Assembly (NCBI GenBank): GCA_037129835.1
Contig: JBAXUE010000005.1
Coordinates: forward strand, 13,975 to 77,974
Length of the DNA: 64,000 nt
Source of the DNA: a bacterium
GTDB taxonomy: Bacteria > Patescibacteriota > CPR2 > UBA1875 > CAIMLA01
Reading direction: 5' to 3'
The position numbers and the translations under genes are program-made. The notes under the pieces are model-generated. The model saw only the letters and a program-made list of their open reading frames with translations, was not told the origin of the DNA and ran no database searches. Numbering within the stretch: the stretch's first letter is position 1; each line of letters starts with the position of its first letter. Below, piece by piece: positions 56,105-64,000 of the stretch.

Positions 56105-58585
56105 TTGTTAGTTGATATACTTCTTCTTTTATTGATTGGGACAATTGCTGTTACTGTTATAATAGTTTCTTTTGTAGTATTTAGACGTTCTAGATATTGG
56201 AAAAAACAGATGGAGCGTTCGTTGAAAATAGTCCCTTTGCTTATTTCAATTCCGCGTGATTCTGGTTCAAAAGACTATGAGGCGAAACAACGCGACGATA
56301 GAGAAGCAATGCACGAGGTGATATCGGTTGCCGAGAACTTCTATGCTAATATCACTACTTTATATGATAAATATAAGATTGTATCAAACTTTATGGTTGG
56401 AGCGCCACATATTACTTTAGAAATCGTAGCTAAAGAGCATGAGATATTCTTTTATATAGCGGTTCCTTATCCATATTTGGATATGGTGGAAAAAGCTATA
56501 AGTTCACAATATCCGGATTCATATATTGAAAGAGCTGCAGAACATAATATATTTAATAAAGATTGGGGAATCGATAAGGTATACGGGGGGGAAATACGCT
56601 CGACGAATAGTTTTTATTATCCCATCAGAACTTATCAGGAGCTAGACTCGGAGCCTCTAGAAAGTATTACAAACGCCATGAGTAAGCTAGAAAAAGATGA
56701 GGGCGCTTGTTTGCAAATTCTATTTCGTCCAGTAAGCCCTAGTATTACAAAAAAGGTTTCAAATATTTCAAGGAAAATGCAGTATGGTAAAAAAACAAAT
56801 TTTATTGATGAAATATTGAATGCAACTCTTTATAAAACGTCGCAGGAAGTGGCAGCAAAAGAGAAACCAGAGCTAACGCCAATGGAAGAAGAGGGGGTAA
56901 AAGCTATAGAAAAATGGGCCTCAAAACATATTTTTGAAGCTCAAATACGTGTTATCGCCTCATCATCTTCGTCAAGTAGATCTAAAGAAATTGTCACAAA
57001 TATTTATTCTACTTTCCATCAGTTTACCAACCAGAGTTTTAATGGTTTTACTTTCGTTCCGGCAAGAAACATAGAAGAACTTGCAACCGACTATATCTTT
57101 CGGTTTTTTGTTCACAGAATAGTCAGCTGGAATACGCAATTTCGGTTTTTCCGAGGTGCTAATGTCTGTTTGAACACCGAAGAGCTAGCATCCATCTATC
57201 ATCTACCAAACTTTTTAGTTAGAACGCCTGGAATAAGGTGGCTAGCTTCAAAAAAATCAGAACCACCAACGTTTATTTCACCCGATGGAGTTATAATCGG
57301 TCGCAGCAATTTTAGGGGAGAAGAGAAAGTCATTAGAATTTCTGAAAATGACAGAAGACGCCATGTTTACATATTAGGGCAGACCGGTACTGGCAAAACC
57401 ACATCTATGATTAACATGATTTTGTCTGACATTAAAGAAGGTAAGGGAGTTTGTTATATTGACCCACATGGTCAAGATCTTGTAGAACATATTTTGCCAT
57501 ATATTCCTAAAGAAAGAGCAGACGATGTTATTGTGTTTGCAGCTGCCGACACCGAAAGGCCGATAGGTATCAACCTTTTTACTGCGAAAACTCAGGAACA
57601 AAAAGACTATGTAATTCAAGAGTTGATAGGGATGTTTTACCGACTCTACGACCCTGGTCATCAAGGTATAGTAGGCCCTCGTTTTGAACATTGGTTTCGC
57701 AATGCAGCACTTACGTTAATGGCAGGTCCAACGCCTGGAACTTTTATAGAGGTGCCGAGAATATTTACAGATGATGAATTTTTAGCCGATAAACTTCAAT
57801 ATGTTACTGACCCGGTGGTAAGAAGCTTTTTTTTGAAGGAAATGGCAGAAACAAGTGACTATCATAAATCTGAAATGCTAGGTTGGTTTGTAGGTAAATG
57901 GAGTGCATTTATGACGAATATGACAATGAGAAATATTATAGGTCAAACAGAGTCAGCTTTTGATATTCGTCAGATTATGGATGACCAAAAGATTCTTCTT
58001 ATTAATCTTGCAAAAGGTCAGGTCGGTGAAGAAAATATGAAACTTTTGGGAATGATGCTAATTGCCAAAATTCAGATGTCGGCAATGTCGCGAGTTGATA
58101 TGCCAGAAGATCAAAGAAAAGATTTCTATCTATATGTGGATGAATTTCAAAATTTCGCAACAGATTCCTTTAGTTCGATACTGTCTGAGGCAAGAAAGTT
58201 CCGACTTTGTTTGACGGTTGGTAATCAGTTTATTGGCCAATTAACAGACGATATTAAGGAAGCCGTTTTTGGTAATGTCGGTTCACTAATGTGTTTTCGT
58301 ATCGGTAACGATGATGCCGAATATATGGCACATCAATTCGAGCCAGTTTTTAATGAACAAGATCTGATTAATTTGGAAAACTACAATAGCGTTACTAAAA
58401 TTTTAGCCAATAGTACCCCCACTAGACCGTTTAGTATGCAAGGCTATAATTACCCACCCGGAGCTAGCAAAGAGATTGGCGATGCTATAATTCAGTTATC
58501 GCGCTTGAAATATGGGCGTCCACGCGATATAGTAGATATAGAAATCCAAGAAAGAATGAGCATTCGAGAATCAGGAGGGAAATGA
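56105..58585 (+). CDS. membrane-anchored P-loop ATPase of the FtsK-HerA superfamily, VirB4/TraC-like (type IV secretion-type) architecture
   Basis: N-terminal TM, ~400-aa N-domain, then HVYILGQTGTGKTT (Walker A) followed by CYIDPHGQD, and FYLYVDEFQNF (Walker B) about 215 aa later. The spacing and position (Walker A near residue 430 of 826) resemble VirB4. Confidence 0.55.
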   Translation: MLVDILLLLLIGTIAVTVIIVSFVVFRRSRYWKKQMERSLKIVPLLISIPRDSGSKDYEAKQRDDREAMHEVISVAENFYANITTLYDKYKIVSNFMVGAPHITLEIVAKEHEIFFYIAVPYPYLDMVEKAISSQYPDSYIERAAEHNIFNKDWGIDKVYGGEIRSTNSFYYPIRTYQELDSEPLESITNAMSKLEKDEGACLQILFRPVSPSITKKVSNISRKMQYGKKTNFIDEILNATLYKTSQEVAAKEKPELTPMEEEGVKAIEKWASKHIFEAQIRVIASSSSSSRSKEIVTNIYSTFHQFTNQSFNGFTFVPARNIEELATDYIFRFFVHRIVSWNTQFRFFRGANVCLNTEELASIYHLPNFLVRTPGIRWLASKKSEPPTFISPDGVIIGRSNFRGEEKVIRISENDRRRHVYILGQTGTGKTTSMINMILSDIKEGKGVCYIDPHGQDLVEHILPYIPKERADDVIVFAAADTERPIGINLFTAKTQEQKDYVIQELIGMFYRLYDPGHQGIVGPRFEHWFRNAALTLMAGPTPGTFIEVPRIFTDDEFLADKLQYVTDPVVRSFFLKEMAETSDYHKSEMLGWFVGKWSAFMTNMTMRNIIGQTESAFDIRQIMDDQKILLINLAKGQVGEENMKLLGMMLIAKIQMSAMSRVDMPEDQRKDFYLYVDEFQNFATDSFSSILSEARKFRLCLTVGNQFIGQLTDDIKEAVFGNVGSLMCFRIGNDDAEYMAHQFEPVFNEQDLINLENYNSVTKILANSTPTRPFSMQGYNYPPGASKEIGDAIIQLSRLKYGRPRDIVDIEIQERMSIRESGGK

Positions 58586-60585
58586 CAAAGGAAGAAGCTA
58601 AATACCGAAAATCGCAGCAGTTATATCTAGACGCGGGGCGCAGATATACTGATTTGTTATTAAGGGTCTCGAAAAGCAATAGAAAATTATTACAGATTGC
58701 TACAGAAATTAAATCAATCGGTGATAATATCCATGTTTTTGATAGTCCTGTAATTACAAAAGCTTATAATGAAATTATCTCAAATTCACGAATATCGCCT
58801 GAATATCATGGTCTTGTAAAAGAGTTGGAAAAAGTAAAATCTGACCTCGATATTGCGAATTATCAACTTGTGAAAGACCGATTAAAATATTTTTTAGCAA
58901 AGTCCGGCGTTCCTTATACGCAAAATAATTATTCTCCAGAAAAACTTTTTTCTGTTGTTAATAATCCTAATTCTGGATTTCTTGAGAAGTTATCAGTCGC
59001 GGCTCCATATGTAGAGGATGAGATATCTAGGTTTGTTGACTTTATAGATAGCAAAGAAATTCAGATTAAAAATGGCAAAATATCGGCAGCTACTCGAGAC
59101 GCAAAAAATTATCTTCGTAATTTGGAATTAACCTTAATGACGCGGGTAAATAACTCTTTTATATCTGAGAAGAAGATCGATATTAAGGATTTGTATTCTG
59201 AAAAGTTGAATAACGGGCAAAAAGATTTATTTATAGATATGGCCACAGTAGGTGATCAGGAACATATCAGAGAGCTCGAAAGACGGCTATTATCTGGAGA
59301 TGTTACTATTGAAAAAGATCAGATATCACCATTAACGACCAAGGGGAAGCGTTACCTTGATTTACTGGATGAAGAATTTACAAGTCTTTTAGAAAAAAAG
59401 CTGGAAGAAAAACTGATAAATAATAATAATTTATCAAGAAGTGGCAACAAAGTTTTGAACGATATATCCCGTTTAGTAGATGAAAAAGAAGAAATAAATC
59501 TTAAGCATAAAAATTTCAGTAAACGTATTCCGCATGCAAAAGCGTATAGAATGCTTTCACAAAAATATGATAATGACTTAAATGGGATCAAGCTAGATAA
59601 GCAGAACATCCTAAACCAGATAGACGCAATATCTTTATCGGCCATCTCAATTAAAAAGAAACTGTTACTAACGACAACGAGACAGGATGTGTCTATAAAG
59701 GATTCTATATTGCTTGCTTCAGCTTTAGCTTATCTCGGGATTTATGAAAACCAATTATCACATGATGTTTCTGTGTTGGCGGGTAAGCTTGACATAGACG
59801 GTGATTTTGAATCAGATAGATTCAAAGATATTAAGTTTGAAAAGTCAGAAAAAAGCTTTGATTCTCTGTTTGATTCTACCTTGAGTAAAGAGCTAAAGAA
59901 AAAAACAGCTTTTCAAAAAAATCTTGATTTAGTTATACATGAATATGTTTATACTTCTAAGGAATATAAAGACTTTGAAGCTCTTTGTAGCAAGCAAAAT
60001 TTATTGAAAATGAAATTAGCCGATATCGCCATAAATCAGGACTCTTTATATTCAAACTTCTCCCTTTCCGAGAGCCTTTTAGTAGAAATAATTGAGCTTG
60101 AAACAAAGAAAAAGTTACTTGTTACAGAATTACTGCACCAAGCGGACTTGGCACATAAAAAGATTTGGCTCGATAAAATTAAAAAAGATAATAACACATA
60201 TATTGATACGAACTTCGATGGGCATAACATTTTATCGAAAGATTATGCAAGAAAAATCAATGAACAGTTATTTGAAAGATTTGAACTGGAAATAAAAAAA
60301 GTTGCCGAAAAACATCATAAATTACAGCAAAAACACCCGGATGAATTTTATGATTATCTCAAAAAATCTTCACAGCGAGTTAAGAACGGTGAGGATGTCT
60401 CTAAAGTATCAAAGGATATGCTCAATTCATGGAATTGCTATAACGATGATTATGTCATGCTATTAGACGAGATCAATACTGACATGAAAAGGTTAGAAAG
60501 TTACCTGGGTACGTTTGGTGAAAAGTCGCGAAAAGAGATTGAAAAAAATCTAATTTTAGATATTCGCAAAAGAGTAAGAATGTAA
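58582..60585 (+). CDS. hypothetical K/E-rich coiled-coil protein (667 aa)
   Basis: Start overlaps the ATPase stop (ATGA). No TM, no enzymatic motifs. Confidence 0.55.
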   Translation: MTKEEAKYRKSQQLYLDAGRRYTDLLLRVSKSNRKLLQIATEIKSIGDNIHVFDSPVITKAYNEIISNSRISPEYHGLVKELEKVKSDLDIANYQLVKDRLKYFLAKSGVPYTQNNYSPEKLFSVVNNPNSGFLEKLSVAAPYVEDEISRFVDFIDSKEIQIKNGKISAATRDAKNYLRNLELTLMTRVNNSFISEKKIDIKDLYSEKLNNGQKDLFIDMATVGDQEHIRELERRLLSGDVTIEKDQISPLTTKGKRYLDLLDEEFTSLLEKKLEEKLINNNNLSRSGNKVLNDISRLVDEKEEINLKHKNFSKRIPHAKAYRMLSQKYDNDLNGIKLDKQNILNQIDAISLSAISIKKKLLLTTTRQDVSIKDSILLASALAYLGIYENQLSHDVSVLAGKLDIDGDFESDRFKDIKFEKSEKSFDSLFDSTLSKELKKKTAFQKNLDLVIHEYVYTSKEYKDFEALCSKQNLLKMKLADIAINQDSLYSNFSLSESLLVEIIELETKKKLLVTELLHQADLAHKKIWLDKIKKDNNTYIDTNFDGHNILSKDYARKINEQLFERFELEIKKVAEKHHKLQQKHPDEFYDYLKKSSQRVKNGEDVSKVSKDMLNSWNCYNDDYVMLLDEINTDMKRLESYLGTFGEKSRKEIEKNLILDIRKRVRM

Positions 60586-60737
60586 GCTAAAATTATTTGC
60601 TTTTGTGCTTGAATTGAGCTAGAATAATAGTATCAAAAAGAGTGCATTTTTATATATTTAATATCACATCATTTTAGAATCTTGAGAGCGATAATATTGC
60701 TCAAGGAATTCTTAAATTGTGGCTAAGAAAGAAGGCT

Positions 60738-62810
60738 ATGGTAGATAAAACAAAGACGGTAAAATACGATGCTTCATCAATCCAAGTTCTCGAAGGACTT
60801 CAGGCTGTTCGTAAGCGACCTGGAATGTATATCGGTGGTACTGGCAAAGAAGGTCTCCATCATCTTATCTGGGAGATCGTCGACAATGCTATTGATGAGG
60901 CAATGGCTGGTAGATGTGACAACATAGGTGTAATTCTTCATGCCGATGGCTCAGTTTCAGTTTCAGACAATGGCGCAGGTATACCAGTTGATAAACATAA
61001 ACAGACAGGTAAAAGTGCTTTAGAAACAGTTATGACCATACTTCATGCAGGCGGTAAATTTGGCGGCGGCGGCTACAAAGTATCTGGTGGTTTACACGGT
61101 GTCGGAGTTTCTGTAGTAAATGCACTTTCTACATACGTCAAGGCAGAAGTGCGTAAAAGTGGTAAGATTTGGGTACAAGAATATAAAGATGGTGGTAAGC
61201 CGGCTGGTCCGCTTAGAAGTATTGGTGAGACAGCAGAGACCGGGACTATTATCACTTTTATACCAGACCCAGAAATTTTTGAAACTGTAGATTTTGACTA
61301 CAAGGTAGTTTTAGACAGGATTCGCCAGCAGGCTTATCTTACAAAGGGTGTAAAAATAAAACTTACAGACGAGAGAATAAGCGAGAGTTATGCATTTTAT
61401 TTTGAAGGTGGTATCAGATCATATGTAGACCATCTTAATCGAACGAAATCAGCTATCAACGAGCCGATATTTTATGTTGATAAGTCGCTAGACAATGTTA
61501 ATGTAGAGCTGGCTGTTCAGTATACAGATGGTTATACAGACAACGTCCAGACATTTGCTAATAACATTCATACTCCAGAGGGTGGGACGCACCTTACGGG
61601 CTTTAGAACTTCTTTGACGCGCACCCTGAATGATTATGCTAGGAAAAATTCGCTTCTTAAAGACAATGAAAGTAACCTTACGGGTGATGACGTGCGCGAA
61701 GGATTGACAGCAGTTATCTCAGTCAAGCTTGCTGACCCACAATTTGAAGGGCAGACAAAGGCAAAACTCGGAAATCCAGAAATATCAAATATCGTTCAAA
61801 CTGTTTTCACTGAGTATTTTTCATATTATTTGGATGAGAATCCCAATGAAGCTAAGAAAATTATAAATAAATGCTCGCTCTCTGCACGTGCCAGACTGGC
61901 TGCTAGGGCTGCTAGAGATACAGTTATCCGTAAGGGCGTTCTCGAGGGGATGACCTTACCAGGCAAGCTCGCTGATTGTTCTAGTAAAAACGCTGAGATA
62001 TCAGAGATATATATCGTAGAGGGAGATTCAGCTGGAGGCTCGGCAAAACAAGGTCGTGATCGCCGCTTTCAGGCCATATTACCACTACGTGGGAAAATCC
62101 TTAATGTAGAACGTGCCCGTATGGATCGGATGCTTTCTTCTGACGAGGTAAAAGCGCTTATTATTGCCCTTGGTACTGGTATTGGTGAACAGTATGATCC
62201 ATCAAAGCTACGTTATCATCGAGTAATAATAATGACAGATGCCGATGTAGACGGAGCACATATCCGTGCTTTACTTTTGACGCTATTTTATCGTCACTTC
62301 CCAGAGCTTATTTTAAACGGAAATATTTACATCGCTCAGCCTCCCCTGTACAAGGTTCAAAAAGGAAAACAAAAATTTTGGGCTCACGATGAAGCAGAAA
62401 AAGACGAAATACTCGCAGAAATGCTTCAGAATATGAAAACAAAGCCTAGCAAAACAGAAGACGGACTCTTTGAAATTAAGGAGCTTGGTGCAGATACTCA
62501 AGAACCTGAAGACAGTGAAGAGTCGGCAGAAAACGAAGATTTGTCAGAATCTCAAGGTGATGATAATTCAGAATCGGAAATCAAAATTCCTGGGGTTTCC
62601 ATACAGCGCTACAAGGGTCTTGGTGAAATGAATCCAGAACAACTATGGGAGACAACAATGGATCCAGAAAACAGGATTCTGCTTCAAGTTACCGCTGAAG
62701 ATGCGGAAAAGGCAGACGAAATTTTCACTATTCTAATGGGGGACGAAGTCGAACCACGGAAGCGCTTTATACAGACACATGCAGCAAACGTAAAAAATCT
62801 GGATATTTAG
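60738..62810 (+). CDS. gyrB: DNA gyrase subunit B
   Basis: [29 protein letters not shown] ATPase, Toprim EGDSAGG and [10 protein letters not shown] motifs. Possible TTG start at 60717. Acidic low-complexity insert near the C-terminus. Confidence 0.9.
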   Translation: MVDKTKTVKYDASSIQVLEGLQAVRKRPGMYIGGTGKEGLHHLIWEIVDNAIDEAMAGRCDNIGVILHADGSVSVSDNGAGIPVDKHKQTGKSALETVMTILHAGGKFGGGGYKVSGGLHGVGVSVVNALSTYVKAEVRKSGKIWVQEYKDGGKPAGPLRSIGETAETGTIITFIPDPEIFETVDFDYKVVLDRIRQQAYLTKGVKIKLTDERISESYAFYFEGGIRSYVDHLNRTKSAINEPIFYVDKSLDNVNVELAVQYTDGYTDNVQTFANNIHTPEGGTHLTGFRTSLTRTLNDYARKNSLLKDNESNLTGDDVREGLTAVISVKLADPQFEGQTKAKLGNPEISNIVQTVFTEYFSYYLDENPNEAKKIINKCSLSARARLAARAARDTVIRKGVLEGMTLPGKLADCSSKNAEISEIYIVEGDSAGGSAKQGRDRRFQAILPLRGKILNVERARMDRMLSSDEVKALIIALGTGIGEQYDPSKLRYHRVIIMTDADVDGAHIRALLLTLFYRHFPELILNGNIYIAQPPLYKVQKGKQKFWAHDEAEKDEILAEMLQNMKTKPSKTEDGLFEIKELGADTQEPEDSEESAENEDLSESQGDDNSESEIKIPGVSIQRYKGLGEMNPEQLWETTMDPENRILLQVTAEDAEKADEIFTILMGDEVEPRKRFIQTHAANVKNLDI

Positions 62811-62832
62811 AGAAGATTATCGCTTCCTTTCT

Positions 62833-62856
62833 GTCATTCCCGCGAAAGCGGGAATC
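62833..62856. repeat. GTCATTCC-CGCGAAAGCG-GGAATC hairpin element downstream of gyrB
   Basis: ATTCCC-N8-GGGAAT palindrome with GTCATTCC head. Same family as 40391. May act as a terminator, although no T-run follows. Confidence 0.45.
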
Positions 62857-62905
62857 TATATCCAAAAATTAGTAAGAATGATCGGGAAGGAACAAAGGAG
62901 AAAAT

Positions 62906-64000
62906 ATGGCAAAAGAGAAAAAATTATTAGACGAAAAAATGTTTGGTGAAGAGATCGGTTATGTTAAGGAGAGAGACCTTTGTACCGAAATGAAAGAGAG
63001 TTTCCTGGATTATGCCATGTCGGTTATTGTCTCTAGGGCTCTACCAGATGTAAGGGATGGGCTTAAGCCAATTCATAGACGTATTTTATATGCAATGAAT
63101 GATACGGGCGTTCGTTCAACAGCGAAATATCGTAAATCCGCAACCATAGTCGGTGAAGTTATGGGTAAATATCACCCGCATGGTGATTCGGCTATCTATG
63201 AATCCATGGTCCGAATGGCTCAATACTGGTCAATGAGATATCCAATGATAGACGGTCAGGGTAACTTTGGCTCGATGGATGGTGATAGTGCAGCTGCGAT
63301 GCGCTATACGGAAGCACGTATGGCCAAGCTAGCGGACGAAATGCTTGGAGATATCGATAAAGACACAGTGGATTTTGTCCCAAATTACGACGGTAGTCAA
63401 AAAGAACCATCAGTAATGCCGGCCAAACTACCTAACTTACTTTTAAATGGACAACTAGGTATAGCTGTAGGTATGGCAACTAATATACCGCCACACAATC
63501 TCGGTGAGCTCGTAGACGGGATAATCTCGCTTATCGACGAACCTGATTCTACTGTAGAAGATTTGATGAAATACGTTAAAGGGCCAGACTTTCCAACAGG
63601 CGCTCAGATCTATGACCCAGAAATCATCAAACAGGCCTATGCAACAGGACGCGGTTCGATAATCATGCGAGCAGTCGCGGAAATAGAAGAGGATCATAGG
63701 GGATTACAACGAATAATCGTTTCCGAGATCCCATATCAGGTTAATAAGGCTACTTTAATAACTAAAATAGCAGATTTAGTTAAAGAAAAAACAATAGTAG
63801 GTATTAGTGATATTCGCGACGAGTCCGACCGCAAGAATCAAGTTAGAATAGTTGTCGAGCTCAAGAAAGATGCTTTTGCTAGCAAAATATTGAATCAACT
63901 GTATAAGTTTACTCAGATGCAATCAAGCTTCGGGGTTAACATGATCGCTCTTGTTGATGGTATCCAGCCACGTATCATGACCTTGAAGGCTATCCTTGAG
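62906..64000 (+). CDS. gyrA: DNA gyrase subunit A, N-terminal part (continues beyond window)
   Basis: ATG after [35 protein letters not shown] and later YHPHGD motifs. Confidence 0.9.
   Translation, partial: MAKEKKLLDEKMFGEEIGYVKERDLCTEMKESFLDYAMSVIVSRALPDVRDGLKPIHRRILYAMNDTGVRSTAKYRKSATIVGEVMGKYHPHGDSAIYESMVRMAQYWSMRYPMIDGQGNFGSMDGDSAAAMRYTEARMAKLADEMLGDIDKDTVDFVPNYDGSQKEPSVMPAKLPNLLLNGQLGIAVGMATNIPPHNLGELVDGIISLIDEPDSTVEDLMKYVKGPDFPTGAQIYDPEIIKQAYATGRGSIIMRAVAEIEEDHRGLQRIIVSEIPYQVNKATLITKIADLVKEKTIVGISDIRDESDRKNQVRIVVELKKDAFASKILNQLYKFTQMQSSFGVNMIALVDGIQPRIMTLKAILE

Noticed and set aside
1-64000. tRNA or rRNA genes
   Set aside because: No T-loop consensus (GTTCGAATCC or GTTCAAATCC with flanking stems) and no rRNA-like conserved blocks were seen. 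The GTTCGAAC strings belong to the repeat motif, not tRNAs.

Overview
This 64-kb window comes from an AT-rich bacterial chromosome (roughly mid-30s % GC by eye). Nearly all genes are on the + strand and TTG/GTG starts are frequent. Gene content and style (many small hypotheticals, one giant gene) suggest a small-genome, possibly CPR/Patescibacteria-like organism; this is inference only. Housekeeping genes recognised from motifs are a DEAH-box helicase (HrpA/B-like), dinB, typA, an Elp3-like radical-SAM/GNAT protein, pyrG, an MFS transporter, tsaC, mscL, rmuC, pheS/pheT, an L,D-transpeptidase, gyrB and a partial gyrA. Accessory content includes: (1) a 3,222-aa extracellular giant protein (Gly-rich beta-repeat and FN3-like modules) co-transcribed with a small protein, a membrane-anchored VirB4/FtsK-HerA-type P-loop ATPase and a 667-aa coiled-coil protein, which is the best candidate for an undescribed surface/secretion system; (2) two membrane-anchored glycoside-hydrolase paralogues (GH16 and a CBM-bearing hydrolase) sharing an identical 373-bp 3' repeat and a promoter architecture; (3) a family of small GC-rich palindromic elements (GTCATYC...GGATCTCT / GGAATGAC termini) found in intergenic DNA and twice inserted in-frame inside genes (Elp3, AlkD-like), reminiscent of Rickettsia RPEs; (4) a second motif family (ATYGTTCGAA...GAGAACTA, built on the palindrome GTTCGAAC) present in eight copies, several just upstream of start codons and three in a 1.2-kb non-coding repeat region ahead of the giant gene; (5) a ~550-bp GC-rich hairpin-dense non-coding island (10750..11285) that may be a structured RNA; (6) several GC-rich (~50%) islands carrying hypothetical ORFs with canonical GGAGG-type RBS. 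No CRISPR array, rRNA or confident tRNA was seen.
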